This document shows positions 41,664 to 52,219 of a DNA stretch of 64,000 bases, one piece after another. The stretch covers positions 1 to 64,000 of the forward strand of contig JBKBRF010000034.1 in assembly GCA_046292385.1 (NCBI GenBank), written 5' to 3'. The translations under genes and the position numbers were made by a program. Numbering within the stretch: position 1 is the stretch's first letter; the number at the start of each line of letters is the position of its first letter. Under the pieces are notes generated by a model that saw nothing but the letters and a program-made list of their open reading frames with translations, was not told the DNA's origin and did no database searches. This DNA is from Armatimonadota bacterium (GTDB taxonomy: Bacteria; Armatimonadota; SYMT01).

Positions 41664-42725
41664 CTACGCGGCGCGGCGCAGCGCGTCGGAGCCACTTCCC
41701 TCCAGCAGCCGCAGGGTACCCGAGGTGCCGGTCACCACCTGGTCGAGCGTGCACTCCCGCGGCGGCTTGTCCGGCCGCCACCGCAGCAGGCTGGTCCCGT
41801 GGCGAAAGCGGCCGCCGGTGAAGTGGTCGTACGTCACCTCCACCACCAGCTCCGGCTTCAGCGGCTGCCACTCCTGCGAGCGGCCGCGGCTCCAGCGGCT
41901 CGGCCCGCCCGGCGCGCGGCCGGTGAATCCGGGCGGCTGCACCAGCGCTTCCAGGCGGGCGGTCAGCTCCTTCTTCTCCGCAGAGCGCAGACCGGAAGTG
42001 AAGCCGACGTGGTGCAGCAGGCCGGCGTCGTCGTAGAGGCCGAGCAGCAGCGAGCCGACCACCTTGCTTCCGGAGCCGTAGCGGAAGCCGCCGACCACGC
42101 ACTCGGCGGAGCGGATCGCCTTGATCTTCTGCATCCCGCGCCGCTCGCCGCTCAAGTAGGGGAGGTCGGCGCGCTTCGCGACGATACCATCCAGGCTCCC
42201 CCCGACTCCGGCGAGCCACTGCCGGGCCAGGGAGAGCTCGCGCGTGGCGGGGGAGAGGCGGAGCGGCGCTCCGGCGGGTACTCCGCGGAAGAACGCCTCC
42301 AAACGCGGACGCCGCGACTCCAGCGGGAGCGCCGTCAGGAGGTCGCCGGAGGGCTCGACCAGCAGGTCGAAGGCGATGAACCAGGCCGGCGAGGTCTCCG
42401 CCAGGAGCCGGACGCGGCTCTCCGCCGGGTGGATGCGCTGCAGGAGGTCGTCGAACGAGAGCGTCTCGCCCTTCGGGATCACGATCTCGCCGTCGAGCAC
42501 GAACCGGACGGCGGGGAGGGCGCGGACCGCCTCCACCAACTCCGGAAAGTAGCGGTGCAGCGGCTGGCCGGCCTTCGACTGCAGTTCCACCTCGTCGCCG
42601 TCCCGGAAGACAAGGCAGCGGAAGCCGTCCCACTTCGGCTCGTACTGCCACTGGGCGCCCGTGGGGATCTTTTCCACCAGCTGCGCCTCCATCGGCGGGA
42701 CCGGCGGCTTCAGCGGGAGCTCCAC
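41664..42725 (-). CDS. ligC: ATP-dependent DNA ligase, LigC type
   Basis: YEPKWDGFR, LDGEIV, AFDLL, GIVAK, FRHG..WRPDK; GTG start 42725. Confidence 0.9.
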   Translation of the reverse strand: MELPLKPPVPPMEAQLVEKIPTGAQWQYEPKWDGFRCLVFRDGDEVELQSKAGQPLHRYFPELVEAVRALPAVRFVLDGEIVIPKGETLSFDDLLQRIHPAESRVRLLAETSPAWFIAFDLLVEPSGDLLTALPLESRRPRLEAFFRGVPAGAPLRLSPATRELSLARQWLAGVGGSLDGIVAKRADLPYLSGERRGMQKIKAIRSAECVVGGFRYGSGSKVVGSLLLGLYDDAGLLHHVGFTSGLRSAEKKELTARLEALVQPPGFTGRAPGGPSRWSRGRSQEWQPLKPELVVEVTYDHFTGGRFRHGTSLLRWRPDKPPRECTLDQVVTGTSGTLRLLEGSGSDALRRAA

Positions 42726-43750
42726 AGCAGTGCCTCCAGGTCGACCCGCCCGCTCCGGTCGAGCAGCGGCTTCCACAGGTCGCCCCGCTCCCGCACGCGC
42801 TCTCGCACGTTGCCGAGGTGGAAATCCTCGATCGCAATCCCGGCCTCCACCTCCTCCCATGTGACGGGGGTCGAGACGGTGGCACGGGGGGTGGGGCGGA
42901 CCGAGTAGACGGAAGCGAGAGTGCGGCCCCAGGCGTTCTGGTTGTAATCGACCAGCACCCGCCCATGGGGTCGCCTGGCGATCCGGTACTCCGCGGTCAG
43001 CAGCTCCGGGTGCTGCTGCGCCAGGCTCACTGCCAGGCCCTTCGCGAAGGCCCAGACCTGCTTCTGCGCCGGATTGCGGACGATCGGCACGTAGACGTGG
43101 ATGCCTTTCGAGCCGCTCGTCTTCGGATAGGAGGGGATGCCGAGCGAGCCGAGCGCGTCCCGCACCCGCAGCGCCGCCTCGCGCACCTTCTCGAAGCCGG
43201 CGCCGGGACCCGGGTCGAGATCGAAATGGAGAAAGTCGGGCCGGTCCACGTCGTCGCAGCGCGCGTACCAGGGGTTGAGGTCGATGCAGCCGAGGTTGAC
43301 CACCCAGAGCAGCGACGCGAGGTCCTGCACCAGGGGGAAGTCGATCACGTTCCCGGAGCGGTGCGCGATCGAGCAGGTCTCGATCCACCGCGGACGCGGG
43401 CTCGGTGCGCGCTTCATGTAGAAGAACTCGCCCTGCGCTCCGTGCGGGTAGCGCTTCATCACCATCGCCCGGTCGATCAGGTGCGGCAGGAGCACGGAGG
43501 CCACGTCGGCGTAGTACTGCAGCAGCGCGCCCTTCGTGATCCCCAGCTCCGGCCAGAACGGCTTCCCCAGGTTCGTCAGGCAAACCACCCGGTCCCCCGC
43601 GCGCACCTCCATCCGCTCACCTTCCGAGGGGATCACCACGCCGCGCAGCGGGGACGGAGGCGTGCTCCGCCCGGGTGCGCGGCGATGCACCGCCGGGTGG
43701 TACTCGGTGGTCGGCTCCCGCTCGAGCACCGGCTGGGTCGTTCTCGCCAT
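42710..43750 (-). CDS. ligD: Stand-alone LigD primase-polymerase domain (Prim-PolC-like)
   Basis: KRYPHG, FDLDPG, KTSGSKGIHVYVP, DYNQN, YSVR; ATG 43750 after GGAGGAG. Confidence 0.88.
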   Translation of the reverse strand: MARTTQPVLEREPTTEYHPAVHRRAPGRSTPPSPLRGVVIPSEGERMEVRAGDRVVCLTNLGKPFWPELGITKGALLQYYADVASVLLPHLIDRAMVMKRYPHGAQGEFFYMKRAPSPRPRWIETCSIAHRSGNVIDFPLVQDLASLLWVVNLGCIDLNPWYARCDDVDRPDFLHFDLDPGPGAGFEKVREAALRVRDALGSLGIPSYPKTSGSKGIHVYVPIVRNPAQKQVWAFAKGLAVSLAQQHPELLTAEYRIARRPHGRVLVDYNQNAWGRTLASVYSVRPTPRATVSTPVTWEEVEAGIAIEDFHLGNVRERVRERGDLWKPLLDRSGRVDLEALLWSSR

Positions 43751-43975
43751 CTCGCTCTCCTCCACCCGGCGGTACCCGGCGGCGGGCCGGCGACAGTCTC
43801 GCGGGAGGTGTCAGAGGGTGGCGGGAGGGGGTAAGAGCCTGATCCGAGTGCCGGCCGACTGGGCGGGTGAGCGAGTCCTCGCGAGTCGGGTCGGGCTGCG
43901 CCTGAAACCCTGGCGACAGACGGCTCCTTGCCTGTAACCTGGGTTAGGGCTATAGGGCGGGAGGGAGAGCTGCCG

Positions 43976-45409
43976 GTGCGGGACTTCGAGAGCTATGAGC
44001 TGGCGGACGCCTTCGACGAGGCGGTGGGGCGGAACGGAGAGCTGCGGGAGCATTACGGCCCGCTCGCCGCGGCGCTGGCGAACGCCGATCCCGGGAGCCT
44101 CGCCAGCCGTCACCGCGCGGCGGAGCTGTTCTTCCTGCACCGCGGCACCACGTTTACGGTCTATGGGGAGTCGGCGGGGATCGACCGCATCTTTCCGTTC
44201 GACTTCGTCCCGCGCGTGGTGCCGAGGCAGGAGTGGGAGCGGGTAGAGAAGGGCCTCAAGCAGCGGATCTACGCACTCAACCTCTATCTCCACGACATCT
44301 ACCACAACCAGCAGATCCTCCGGGACGGAGTGGTGCCGGTGGAGCTGGTCTACGGCGCCAGCCACTTCCGGCGGGAGTGGATCGGCGTCTCCGTCCCGCA
44401 CAACATCTACGTCCACATCTGCGGCACCGACCTGATCCGTGACCGGGACGGCAGCTACCTGGTGCTGGAGGACAACCTGCGCAGCCCCTCCGGCGTCTCC
44501 TACGTGCTGGAGAACCGCCAGGCGATGCAGCGGATCTTCCCGGAGTTCTTCGAGGGGTACGAGGTCCAGCCGGTCCAGCCGTACTGTCCCACCCTCCGCA
44601 AGGTACTCCAGCACCTCGCCCCGGGCGGAAGGGACGAGCCGGTGATCGCGCTGCTGACGCCGGGGGTCTACAACTCCGCCTACTTCGAGCACACCTACCT
44701 GGCGAAGCAGATGGGCGTCGAGCTGGTCGAGGGGAGCGACCTGGTGGTGGACGACGACGTCGTCTACATGCGCACCACGCGCGGCCTGCAGCGGGTCGAC
44801 GTGATCTACCGCCGCGTGGACGACGACTTCATCGACCCGATCGTCTTCCGCCCGGAGAGCATCCTGGGAGTGCCGGGGCTGGTGAACGCCTACCGCAGCG
44901 GGCAGGTCGCGCTGGCGAACTCACTCGGCACCGGCGTGGCGGACGACAAGGCGATCTACGCCTACACCCCGGCGATCATCAAGTACTACCTGGGCGAGGA
45001 GCCGATCCTGCCGATCGTGCCGACGCTGCTCCCGACCGACGATACCACGCGGCAGTACGTCCTGGAGAACCTGGCCCAGCTCGTGGTGAAGCGGGTCGAC
45101 GAGTCGGGCGGGTACGGAATGCTGATCGGACCGGCGGCGAGCCAGGTGGAGCTGGAGGAGTTCCGCCGCCGCGTGGCCGCGGAGCCGCGGGCCTACATCG
45201 CGCAGCCGGTGATCTCCCTCTCCACGCACCCCACCTGGATCGGCGAGCGGCTGGAGCCGCGACACGTCGACCTCCGGCCGTACATCCTCTACGGAGAAGA
45301 GCTCTACGTGCTCCCCGGCGGGCTCACCCGCGTGGCGCTGCCCAAGGGATCGCTCGTCGTGAACTCCTCCCAGGGCGGCGGGAGCAAAGACACCTGGGTC
45401 CTGGCTTGA
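43976..45409 (+). CDS. Circularly permuted type 2 ATP-grasp protein
   Basis: VLEDNLRSPSGVSY, SAYFEH, VIYRRVDD, DLRPY, SSQGGGSKDTWV. Confidence 0.93.
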   Translation: MRDFESYELADAFDEAVGRNGELREHYGPLAAALANADPGSLASRHRAAELFFLHRGTTFTVYGESAGIDRIFPFDFVPRVVPRQEWERVEKGLKQRIYALNLYLHDIYHNQQILRDGVVPVELVYGASHFRREWIGVSVPHNIYVHICGTDLIRDRDGSYLVLEDNLRSPSGVSYVLENRQAMQRIFPEFFEGYEVQPVQPYCPTLRKVLQHLAPGGRDEPVIALLTPGVYNSAYFEHTYLAKQMGVELVEGSDLVVDDDVVYMRTTRGLQRVDVIYRRVDDDFIDPIVFRPESILGVPGLVNAYRSGQVALANSLGTGVADDKAIYAYTPAIIKYYLGEEPILPIVPTLLPTDDTTRQYVLENLAQLVVKRVDESGGYGMLIGPAASQVELEEFRRRVAAEPRAYIAQPVISLSTHPTWIGERLEPRHVDLRPYILYGEELYVLPGGLTRVALPKGSLVVNSSQGGGSKDTWVLA

Positions 45410-45443
45410 GCCGGGCGGAGGAGCTTCGGAGTAGGACTGACTG

Positions 45444-46379
45444 ATGCTGAGTCGTGTTGCCAATGCGCTCTACTGGATGTCGCGCTACCTGGAGCGCGCC
45501 GAGAACTCCGCCCGGTTCCTCTCCGTCACCCACGGGTACGCGCAGGAGATGCGGGGCATCTCCCGGCAGGCGGCCGACGAGTGCTGGGCGGTCGCCCGGC
45601 GGATGTTCGCCCAGGAGCAGAGCGAAGGCGGCATGGAGTCGTTCCGGAGGCTCGCGTTCGACCACTCGCTCGACAACAGCCTGGTCAACTGCCTCACCCG
45701 GGCGCGGGAGAACGCCCGCGGCATCCGGGACGCTATCTCCAGCGAGCTCTGGGAGGAGCTGAACACGCTCTACCTCTACGTGAGCCAGGAGGCGAACGAC
45801 CGGCCGACGGAGGCGAGCGAGCTCTCCCTGCTCCACCGCGTCCGCACCACCTCCCACGTGATCCAGGGGCTTCGGGACAACACGCTGCGCCACACCGACG
45901 AGTGGCACTTCATGCTGCTGGGGCAGAGCGTGGAGCGGGCCGACCAGACCGCCCGCCTGCTCTCCGCCATGTTCTCCCATCCCGTGCTCGCCGCCGCGGA
46001 TGCGGCCGGGCACAACATCGACACACTGCACCTGGTGGCGACGCTGCGGAGCTGCACCGCCCTGGAGACCTTCTCCCGCGCCGGCCACGCCCTCTCGGCA
46101 GAGAACGTGGCCGCCTTCCTGCTGCTGGACAACTACTTCCCGCGGTCGGTGGAGTTCTCGGCCCAGCAGGTAGTCCACTCGCTCCACGCGCTGAGCGGGA
46201 CCAGCCTGGAGCAGTACGGCAACGAAGCCGAGCAGGTCGCCGGCCGCCTCCTGAGCGAGCTTCGCTTCGCGGACATCAACGAGATCCTGGAGATGGGTCT
46301 CAAAGGGTATGTCGACTCGGTGGCCGGCAAGATCGGGCAGATCGGGCTGGCGATCCGCCGCGTCTACTTCGAGATCTGA
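45444..46379 (+). CDS. Alpha-E (DUF403) domain protein
   Basis: MLSRVA..LYW..RYLERAE, ARENAR, ERAD, FPRS. Confidence 0.92.
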   Translation: MLSRVANALYWMSRYLERAENSARFLSVTHGYAQEMRGISRQAADECWAVARRMFAQEQSEGGMESFRRLAFDHSLDNSLVNCLTRARENARGIRDAISSELWEELNTLYLYVSQEANDRPTEASELSLLHRVRTTSHVIQGLRDNTLRHTDEWHFMLLGQSVERADQTARLLSAMFSHPVLAAADAAGHNIDTLHLVATLRSCTALETFSRAGHALSAENVAAFLLLDNYFPRSVEFSAQQVVHSLHALSGTSLEQYGNEAEQVAGRLLSELRFADINEILEMGLKGYVDSVAGKIGQIGLAIRRVYFEI

Positions 46380-46395
46380 AGGAACGGGAGAATCG

Positions 46396-47397
46396 ATGCT
46401 GCTGGAGTTGACCCACCAGACCGTCTTCGAATACAGCGAGCCGGTGAGCGTGAGCTACCTGGAGTTCCGCCAGACGCCGCTCACCGATAGCTCGCAGCAC
46501 CTGCTGCAGCACCGGCAGCGGGTGGTCCCGCAGCGTCCCGTCCGGCAGTATGTCGACGCGCTCGGCAACACCGTCTCGCACCTCAACGTGCTGGAGCGGC
46601 AGACGCGGATCGAGGTCGCGTTCGACAGCCTGGTCCAGACCTACCCCACGCGCTACCGCGGCAAGCCGATCCCCCCGCCAGAGCGCGCCGGGCCGGCCGC
46701 CCGGATGGCGCTGCACGACTTCTTGCAGCCGACGGAGCTGACCCGTCCCTGCGAGCGCCTCTTCGAATTCGCGCGGCCGCTGGAGCCCCTCCGCAGGGCT
46801 CCGGTGGAGGCTGCGGTCGAGGAGATCCGCGCCGCGATCCACACCGGCTTCCGCTACGAGCCGGCGCTCACCACGGCGTCCTCCCCGATCCAGGAGTTCC
46901 TGGAGCACGGCGGCGGCGTCTGCCAGGACTACGCGCACCTGATGCTCACCGTCTGCCGCCACCTCGGCTTCGCCGCCCGCTACGTGAGCGGCTACGTGCT
47001 GCCGGACCCGGGGGAAGAGGACGCTCCCCAGGCGAGCCACGCCTGGTGCGAGGTGTTCGACCCGGACCGCGGCTGGCTGGGAGTCGACCCCACCCACAAC
47101 GCCTGGGTGGAGGAGCGTTACGTGCGGCTGGGAGTGGGGCGCGACTTCCGCGATGTGCCGCCGAACCGGGGCGTCTTCCGCGGCGGCGGCACGGAGACGC
47201 TGCACGTGTTCGTCCGCCTCCGCCCGGTCAACCAGGAGGCGCTCTCCGAGCGCTCCCGCGCCGAGTACCTGCCGGAGCGGCCGGTCGCCCCGAGCGGGCC
47301 CTCCGGCGGCTCCCGAAAGGCGCCCACGCTGACGCTGCTGCAGCAGGCGCAGATCATGCACCAACAGCAGCAGCAGCAACAGCAAACCAGCAAGTAG
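46396..47397 (+). CDS. Transglutaminase family protein with C-terminal poly-Gln
   Basis: GVCQDYAH, SHAW, GVDPT, GRDFRDV; ends HQQQQQQQQTSK. Confidence 0.92.
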   Translation: MLLELTHQTVFEYSEPVSVSYLEFRQTPLTDSSQHLLQHRQRVVPQRPVRQYVDALGNTVSHLNVLERQTRIEVAFDSLVQTYPTRYRGKPIPPPERAGPAARMALHDFLQPTELTRPCERLFEFARPLEPLRRAPVEAAVEEIRAAIHTGFRYEPALTTASSPIQEFLEHGGGVCQDYAHLMLTVCRHLGFAARYVSGYVLPDPGEEDAPQASHAWCEVFDPDRGWLGVDPTHNAWVEERYVRLGVGRDFRDVPPNRGVFRGGGTETLHVFVRLRPVNQEALSERSRAEYLPERPVAPSGPSGGSRKAPTLTLLQQAQIMHQQQQQQQQTSK

Positions 47398-47530
47398 GCG
47401 CCTGCTCCCTGCGCCAGGCTCAGGACCAGGGCAAGCAACCTCCCCGTGCTCCCAAGTTACCGGTACCGCGTCTTGCCGGCAGCAGCATGGAGAAGATGTT
47501 GGCGGCAGGCACGATCGACGTGGGGATAGG

Positions 47531-47630
47531 GCGCTGCAGCTCACCGTCAGCGTCGGCATAGCCGGCGTTGAGAGCGACGTTCTCTCCCTGGATGAGGCGT
47601 TCCGTCGAGCCCACACTGCGGTCCAACTCC
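47531..47630 (+). pseudogene. Possible GGDEF-domain C-terminal remnant
   Basis: Translates to ALQLTVSVGIAGVESDVLSLDEAFRRAHTAV. Confidence 0.35.
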
Positions 47631-47881
47631 CCGATAGAGACGGTGCGTTCGGGTGGAGTAGTGCGGGTCCGACACTGGGGCTCCACACGGTCCGCCCACT
47701 GTGCCTCTTCCGGCAGCGGCAGCGGCAGCGGTATGGAACGTTTATCCGGCGGATGATTGCGGCAATGAGCGCTCTGAACGCGCCCGGCGCCCCAATCTCC
47801 CACCCGGGAATGCCCTCCAGCGCGTTCAGAGCACTGCCGGCTCGGGTTGGCGCCTCCCGAGCCTCTGGAATGGAGACTGTG

Positions 47882-50053
47882 ATGGCATCCCGCGACCGCG
47901 TGGACGAGCAGAGCAAGAATGAAGCCCTGGAGCCATTCCGCGAGGAGCCGGAAGGCACCTATCTGACTACGAGCCAGGGAGTACGGATCACCCACACCGA
48001 CGACTCCCTGAAAGCGGGCGGGCGGGGACCAACGCTCATGGAAGACTTCCACTTCCGTGAGAAGATGACCCACTTCGACCACGAACGGATCCCGGAGCGG
48101 GTGGTGCACGCCCGCGGCTCCGCGGCGCACGGCTACTTTCAGGTCTACGAGCCGCTGACGGAGTACACGAAGGCGAAGGTGTTCCAGGACCCGTCCGTGA
48201 AGACCCCGGTCTTCGTGCGCTTCTCGACGGTGGTCGGGTTCCGCGGCTCGGCAGACACCGTGCGCGACGTGCGGGGCTTCGCGACCAAGTTCTACACCGA
48301 AGACGGCAACTGGGACCTGGTCGGCAACAACATGCCGGTCTTCTTCATCCAGGACGGCATCAAGTTTCCGGACCTGGTCCACGCCATCAAGCCGCAGCCG
48401 CACCACGAGATGCCGCAGGCTTCCGCCGCGCACGACAACTTCTGGGACTTCATCTCGTTGATGCCGGAGGCGGTCCACATGATCATGTGGGTCTTCTCCG
48501 ACCGGGCGCTGCCGCGCAGCTACGCAATGATGGAAGGCTTCGGAGTCCACACCTTCCGGCTGATCAACGAGCAGGGGAAGGCCCGGCTCGTCAAATTCCA
48601 CTGGCGGCCGGTGCTCGGCGTCCACTCTCTGGTCTGGGACGAGACCCAGAAGATCGCCGGCAAAGATCCCGACTTCAACCGCCGTGACCTCTGGGAGCGG
48701 ATCGAGATGGGCGACTACCCGGAGTTCGAGTTGGGCCTTCAGATCGTGGAGGAGGCGGACGAGCACAAGTTCGACTTCGATCTCCTCGATCCCACGAAGA
48801 TCATCCCGGAAGAGGAAGTGCCGGTAAAGATCGTCGGGAAGATGGTGCTCAACCGCAACCCGGACAACTTCTTCGCGGAGACGGAGCAAGCGGCGTTCCA
48901 TCCCGGCCACGTGGTGCCGGGAATCGACTTCACCAACGATCCGCTGCTGCAGGCGCGGCTCTTCTCCTACCTGGACACGCAGCTCATCCGGCTGGGCGGC
49001 CCGAACTTCGCGGAACTGCCGATCAACCGGCCGGTGGTGGAGGTCCATAACAACCAGCGGGACGGTTACGGCCGGCAGACGATCAACAAGGGCCCAGTGA
49101 ACTACTTCCCCAACTCCCGCGGCGGCGGCTGCCCCATGCTTGCCCCGGAGAGCATGGGGGGCTACGCCCATTACATGGAGAAGGTCGAGGGCCGTAAGGT
49201 CCGCGAGCGGAGCGACAGCTTCAAGGACCACTTCAGCCAGGCGACCCTCTTCTGGAACAGCATGTCCGCCCCGGAGAAGCAGCGGATCATCGAAGCAGCG
49301 CACTTTGAGTGGGGCAAGGTGGAGGACAAAGAGATCCGCAAGCGCCTGGTCGATCTCTTTAACCACGTCGACCACGAGATGGCGAAGCAGATGGCCGCCA
49401 GCGTCGGCGTGGAGCCACCGGCGAAGCCGGCGCGGGAGAACCACGGCAAGGCCTCTCCGGCGCTGAGTATGGAAACGACGCCGAAATCGCCGAAGACACG
49501 CAAGGTGGCGATCCTGGCGATGGACGGCTTCGACCACTCGCACTTGAGTGAGATGAGGCAGGCGCTTGCGGCCGCGGGGGTCCAATCGAAAGTCGTCTCC
49601 CAGCTCGGCGGCACGATCAAGAGCGCAGAGGGGCAGGAAATACAAGTCGACAAGACGTTTGTCACCACCGCCTCCGTCCTGTTCGACGCGGTCTACGTAC
49701 CCGGCGGCGAGCAGAGCGCGCGCGCCCTGCGGAGCATGGGCGACGCGGTCCACTTCGTTAGCGAGGCGTTCCGACACTGCAAGCCGGTCGCCGCCACCGG
49801 CGAGGGGGTCGATCTGCTGGCAGCGTCCCGCCTGGCCGGGGTTTCGCTGGCGGGCGACGATGGCAATCTTACCTGCGACCACGGCGTTGTGACCTGGCGG
49901 GAGAAGGCCGGAGATACCTCGCTCGTGGAGAAGGTGAAGGACGCCGTCGGTCTCTCAGGCGACGGAGTTGCGGAGGCGGCGACCGCCTTTGTTGCGGCGA
50001 TTGCCGCCCACCGCCACTGGGACCGAGTCCAGAAGGAGCAGGTCCCGGCTTGA
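47882..50053 (+). CDS. katE: Large-subunit catalase HPII with C-terminal DJ-1-like domain
   Basis: [41 protein letters not shown]. Confidence 0.96.
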   Translation: MASRDRVDEQSKNEALEPFREEPEGTYLTTSQGVRITHTDDSLKAGGRGPTLMEDFHFREKMTHFDHERIPERVVHARGSAAHGYFQVYEPLTEYTKAKVFQDPSVKTPVFVRFSTVVGFRGSADTVRDVRGFATKFYTEDGNWDLVGNNMPVFFIQDGIKFPDLVHAIKPQPHHEMPQASAAHDNFWDFISLMPEAVHMIMWVFSDRALPRSYAMMEGFGVHTFRLINEQGKARLVKFHWRPVLGVHSLVWDETQKIAGKDPDFNRRDLWERIEMGDYPEFELGLQIVEEADEHKFDFDLLDPTKIIPEEEVPVKIVGKMVLNRNPDNFFAETEQAAFHPGHVVPGIDFTNDPLLQARLFSYLDTQLIRLGGPNFAELPINRPVVEVHNNQRDGYGRQTINKGPVNYFPNSRGGGCPMLAPESMGGYAHYMEKVEGRKVRERSDSFKDHFSQATLFWNSMSAPEKQRIIEAAHFEWGKVEDKEIRKRLVDLFNHVDHEMAKQMAASVGVEPPAKPARENHGKASPALSMETTPKSPKTRKVAILAMDGFDHSHLSEMRQALAAAGVQSKVVSQLGGTIKSAEGQEIQVDKTFVTTASVLFDAVYVPGGEQSARALRSMGDAVHFVSEAFRHCKPVAATGEGVDLLAASRLAGVSLAGDDGNLTCDHGVVTWREKAGDTSLVEKVKDAVGLSGDGVAEAATAFVAAIAAHRHWDRVQKEQVPA

Positions 50054-50061
50054 TGCAACCC

Positions 50062-50128
50062 GGGCGGAAGCCGCCGCCCACCAAACCCCTGGGAGCCCGT
50101 GGGCGGAAACCGCCGCCCACGGGCTCCC
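50062..50128. repeat. Direct repeat and 16-bp hairpin between katE and the cupredoxin gene
   Basis: GGGCGGAA(G/A)CCGCCGCCCAC twice; GGGAGCCCGTGGGCGG..CCGCCCACGGGCTCCC. Confidence 0.6.
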
Positions 50129-50142
50129 GATGGAGGCGAAGC

Positions 50143-50688
50143 ATGCAACACCGAACCGCACGCTGGCTCTCGCTGCTGCTGGCGCCTTGCCTGGCACTGG
50201 CGCTCCTGGTCGGCTGCGCGGGAGACGACACTGCGACGACCGGCAATGGGCCAGACACCGCCGCGAACGTTCCGGCCAATACGCCGGAAGCGACCATGAA
50301 CGGCACGGGGGAGACCCGTGAGATCCAGGTGGTGGCGGAAGACATGCGGTACGACCCAAGCGAGATCACGGTGCAGCCCGGCGAACAGGTCCGGGTAACG
50401 CTGACCAACCGGGGGAACTCGCCGCACAACATCGAGTTCGAGCTGCCTTCCGGCGAAGTCGAATTCGAAGAGGACCTCCCGCCCGGGGAGACCCGGAGCC
50501 TCGACTTCCAGGCGCCGCGGGAGCCGGGCCGCTACACCGTCTACTGCCCGGTTGGGAACCACCGTGAGCTAGGGATGACCGGTACGTTGATCGTGGAAGC
50601 CGAAGGCACCGGGGCCTCCAGCGGCATGGAAGGGACGGAAGGCACTACCGGAAGCGGGGCCGGGAACATGCCTGGCAACAGCCCCTGA
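50143..50688 (+). CDS. Cupredoxin (plastocyanin-like) lipoprotein
   Basis: Lipobox LVGC, HNI and CPVGNHRELGM type-1 Cu ligands. Confidence 0.88.
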   Translation: MQHRTARWLSLLLAPCLALALLVGCAGDDTATTGNGPDTAANVPANTPEATMNGTGETREIQVVAEDMRYDPSEITVQPGEQVRVTLTNRGNSPHNIEFELPSGEVEFEEDLPPGETRSLDFQAPREPGRYTVYCPVGNHRELGMTGTLIVEAEGTGASSGMEGTEGTTGSGAGNMPGNSP

Positions 50689-50903
50689 GCCGGTGCGCCT
50701 TGGGGCGCGGGTGCGAGAAACGTCCCCGTGCCCCACTCCATCCACTCGCCCGGCCCAGCTCGCGGACCAGGCGGACGCGCAGCTCCACCCCACCCGCTCG
50801 TCGCTCCACGCGGGCGGGAGGCCGGCAGCCGCACGGCGGTTTCATTCCCCTTAAATGGGGAGAGACCTACCGAGAGGACGCAGCGCAGACTGGAGGATGA
50901 GCC

Positions 50904-52217
50904 ATGCCGGCACGAGGGGGCCAGCCCACGCAGAAGCCCGATCCGAGGGAGATCTTCCCGACCTTCTTCATGGCCGGGTTCGAGTGCTCTACCTTCATCT
51001 GGAAAGACGAGGGCCGGAAGGACTACGTCGCGATTACGGGGCACGACCGCCACCTCCGGGAGGACTACCGCCGCCTGCTGGAGCTCGGGATCGGCGTGGC
51101 GCGGGAGGCGGTCCGCTGGCCGATGATCGACCGGGGCGGCGGGAAGTACGACTGGAGCTATCTCGACCCGTTCCTGGAAGCGGCCGAGGAGTTTCACGTC
51201 ACGCCGATCTGGGATCTCTGTCACTACGGCTTTCCGGACGGCTGCGACCCCTTCTCGGACGACTGCGTGCGCCGCTTCGAGGACTACTGCCGCGCGGTGA
51301 CGGAGCGGGTACTGACCCACGGCACCGGCACGCGCTTCTTCACCCCCGTCAATGAGATCAGCTTCTTCTCCGGCGCCGGCACCGACATGGGCTGGATGTA
51401 CCCGTTTGCCAGGGGCCGCTACCAGGAGCTCAAGCGCGCGCTCTGCCGGCTCGACATCGCCGGGGTGAAGGCGATCCGGGAAGTCTGTCCGGAGGCGCGG
51501 ATGGTCCACGTCGACCCGATCATCCACCACGCGCCGCCGGAGGACCGCCCGGATCTCTCTGACGAGGCGTACCACAAGGCCTACGACGAGGCCTACGAGG
51601 CGTGGGACATCCTCTACGGCGGCCTCTATCCCGAGTTGGGGGGCGCGCCGGAGATCCTCGACATCGTCGGCGTGAACGTCTACCACTTCAGCCAGGCCGA
51701 GCAGGACGCCAGGGGCAACCGTGAGATCCTCGCGCCTCGCGATCCACGCCGCAAGCCGCTGAGTGAGCTGCTGCTCTACGCCTGGGAGCGGTACCGGCGC
51801 CCGATCATCATCGGCGAGACGAGCGGCTACCAGGACCGCCGCGCCGAGTGGCTGCGGATGACGATGGAGGAGAGCTTCAAAGCGCTGAACGGCGGGGTCG
51901 ACCTCCACGGCGTCTGCCTCTATCCGTGCGTCGATATCCCGGACTGGAACACCGGCGAGTGGGCCCAGATCGGCCTGTTCGACGTGACGGACCGGGACAC
52001 GCTGGAGCGGTGCCCGTGTGACCCGTACATCGAGGAGCTGCGCCGCTGGCAGCAGCTCCTGAGCCACCCGGAGCAGGTCGATCCGGAGACCCTGCGCCAC
52101 TGCGATGCCCGCGTGGAGCTGGATGAGGTGCACCGACACGCCAGCGAGTGGGAGGAAGAGGACCCGGAGCACCGCGCCGTCACCAGCGCGCCGCCGCAGG
52201 CGCCGATGGGGAAGTGA
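50904..52217 (+). CDS. Clan GH-A (GH1-like) glycoside hydrolase
   Basis: AGFECST, WDLCHYG.P, PVNEIS, VGVNVY, IGETS. Confidence 0.85.
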   Translation: MPARGGQPTQKPDPREIFPTFFMAGFECSTFIWKDEGRKDYVAITGHDRHLREDYRRLLELGIGVAREAVRWPMIDRGGGKYDWSYLDPFLEAAEEFHVTPIWDLCHYGFPDGCDPFSDDCVRRFEDYCRAVTERVLTHGTGTRFFTPVNEISFFSGAGTDMGWMYPFARGRYQELKRALCRLDIAGVKAIREVCPEARMVHVDPIIHHAPPEDRPDLSDEAYHKAYDEAYEAWDILYGGLYPELGGAPEILDIVGVNVYHFSQAEQDARGNREILAPRDPRRKPLSELLLYAWERYRRPIIIGETSGYQDRRAEWLRMTMEESFKALNGGVDLHGVCLYPCVDIPDWNTGEWAQIGLFDVTDRDTLERCPCDPYIEELRRWQQLLSHPEQVDPETLRHCDARVELDEVHRHASEWEEEDPEHRAVTSAPPQAPMGK

Positions 52218-52219
52218 CC

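Noticed and set aside
47712..47731. (GGCAGC)3 microsatellite upstream of katE
   Set aside because: Short and expected by chance in high-GC DNA; no complementary partner
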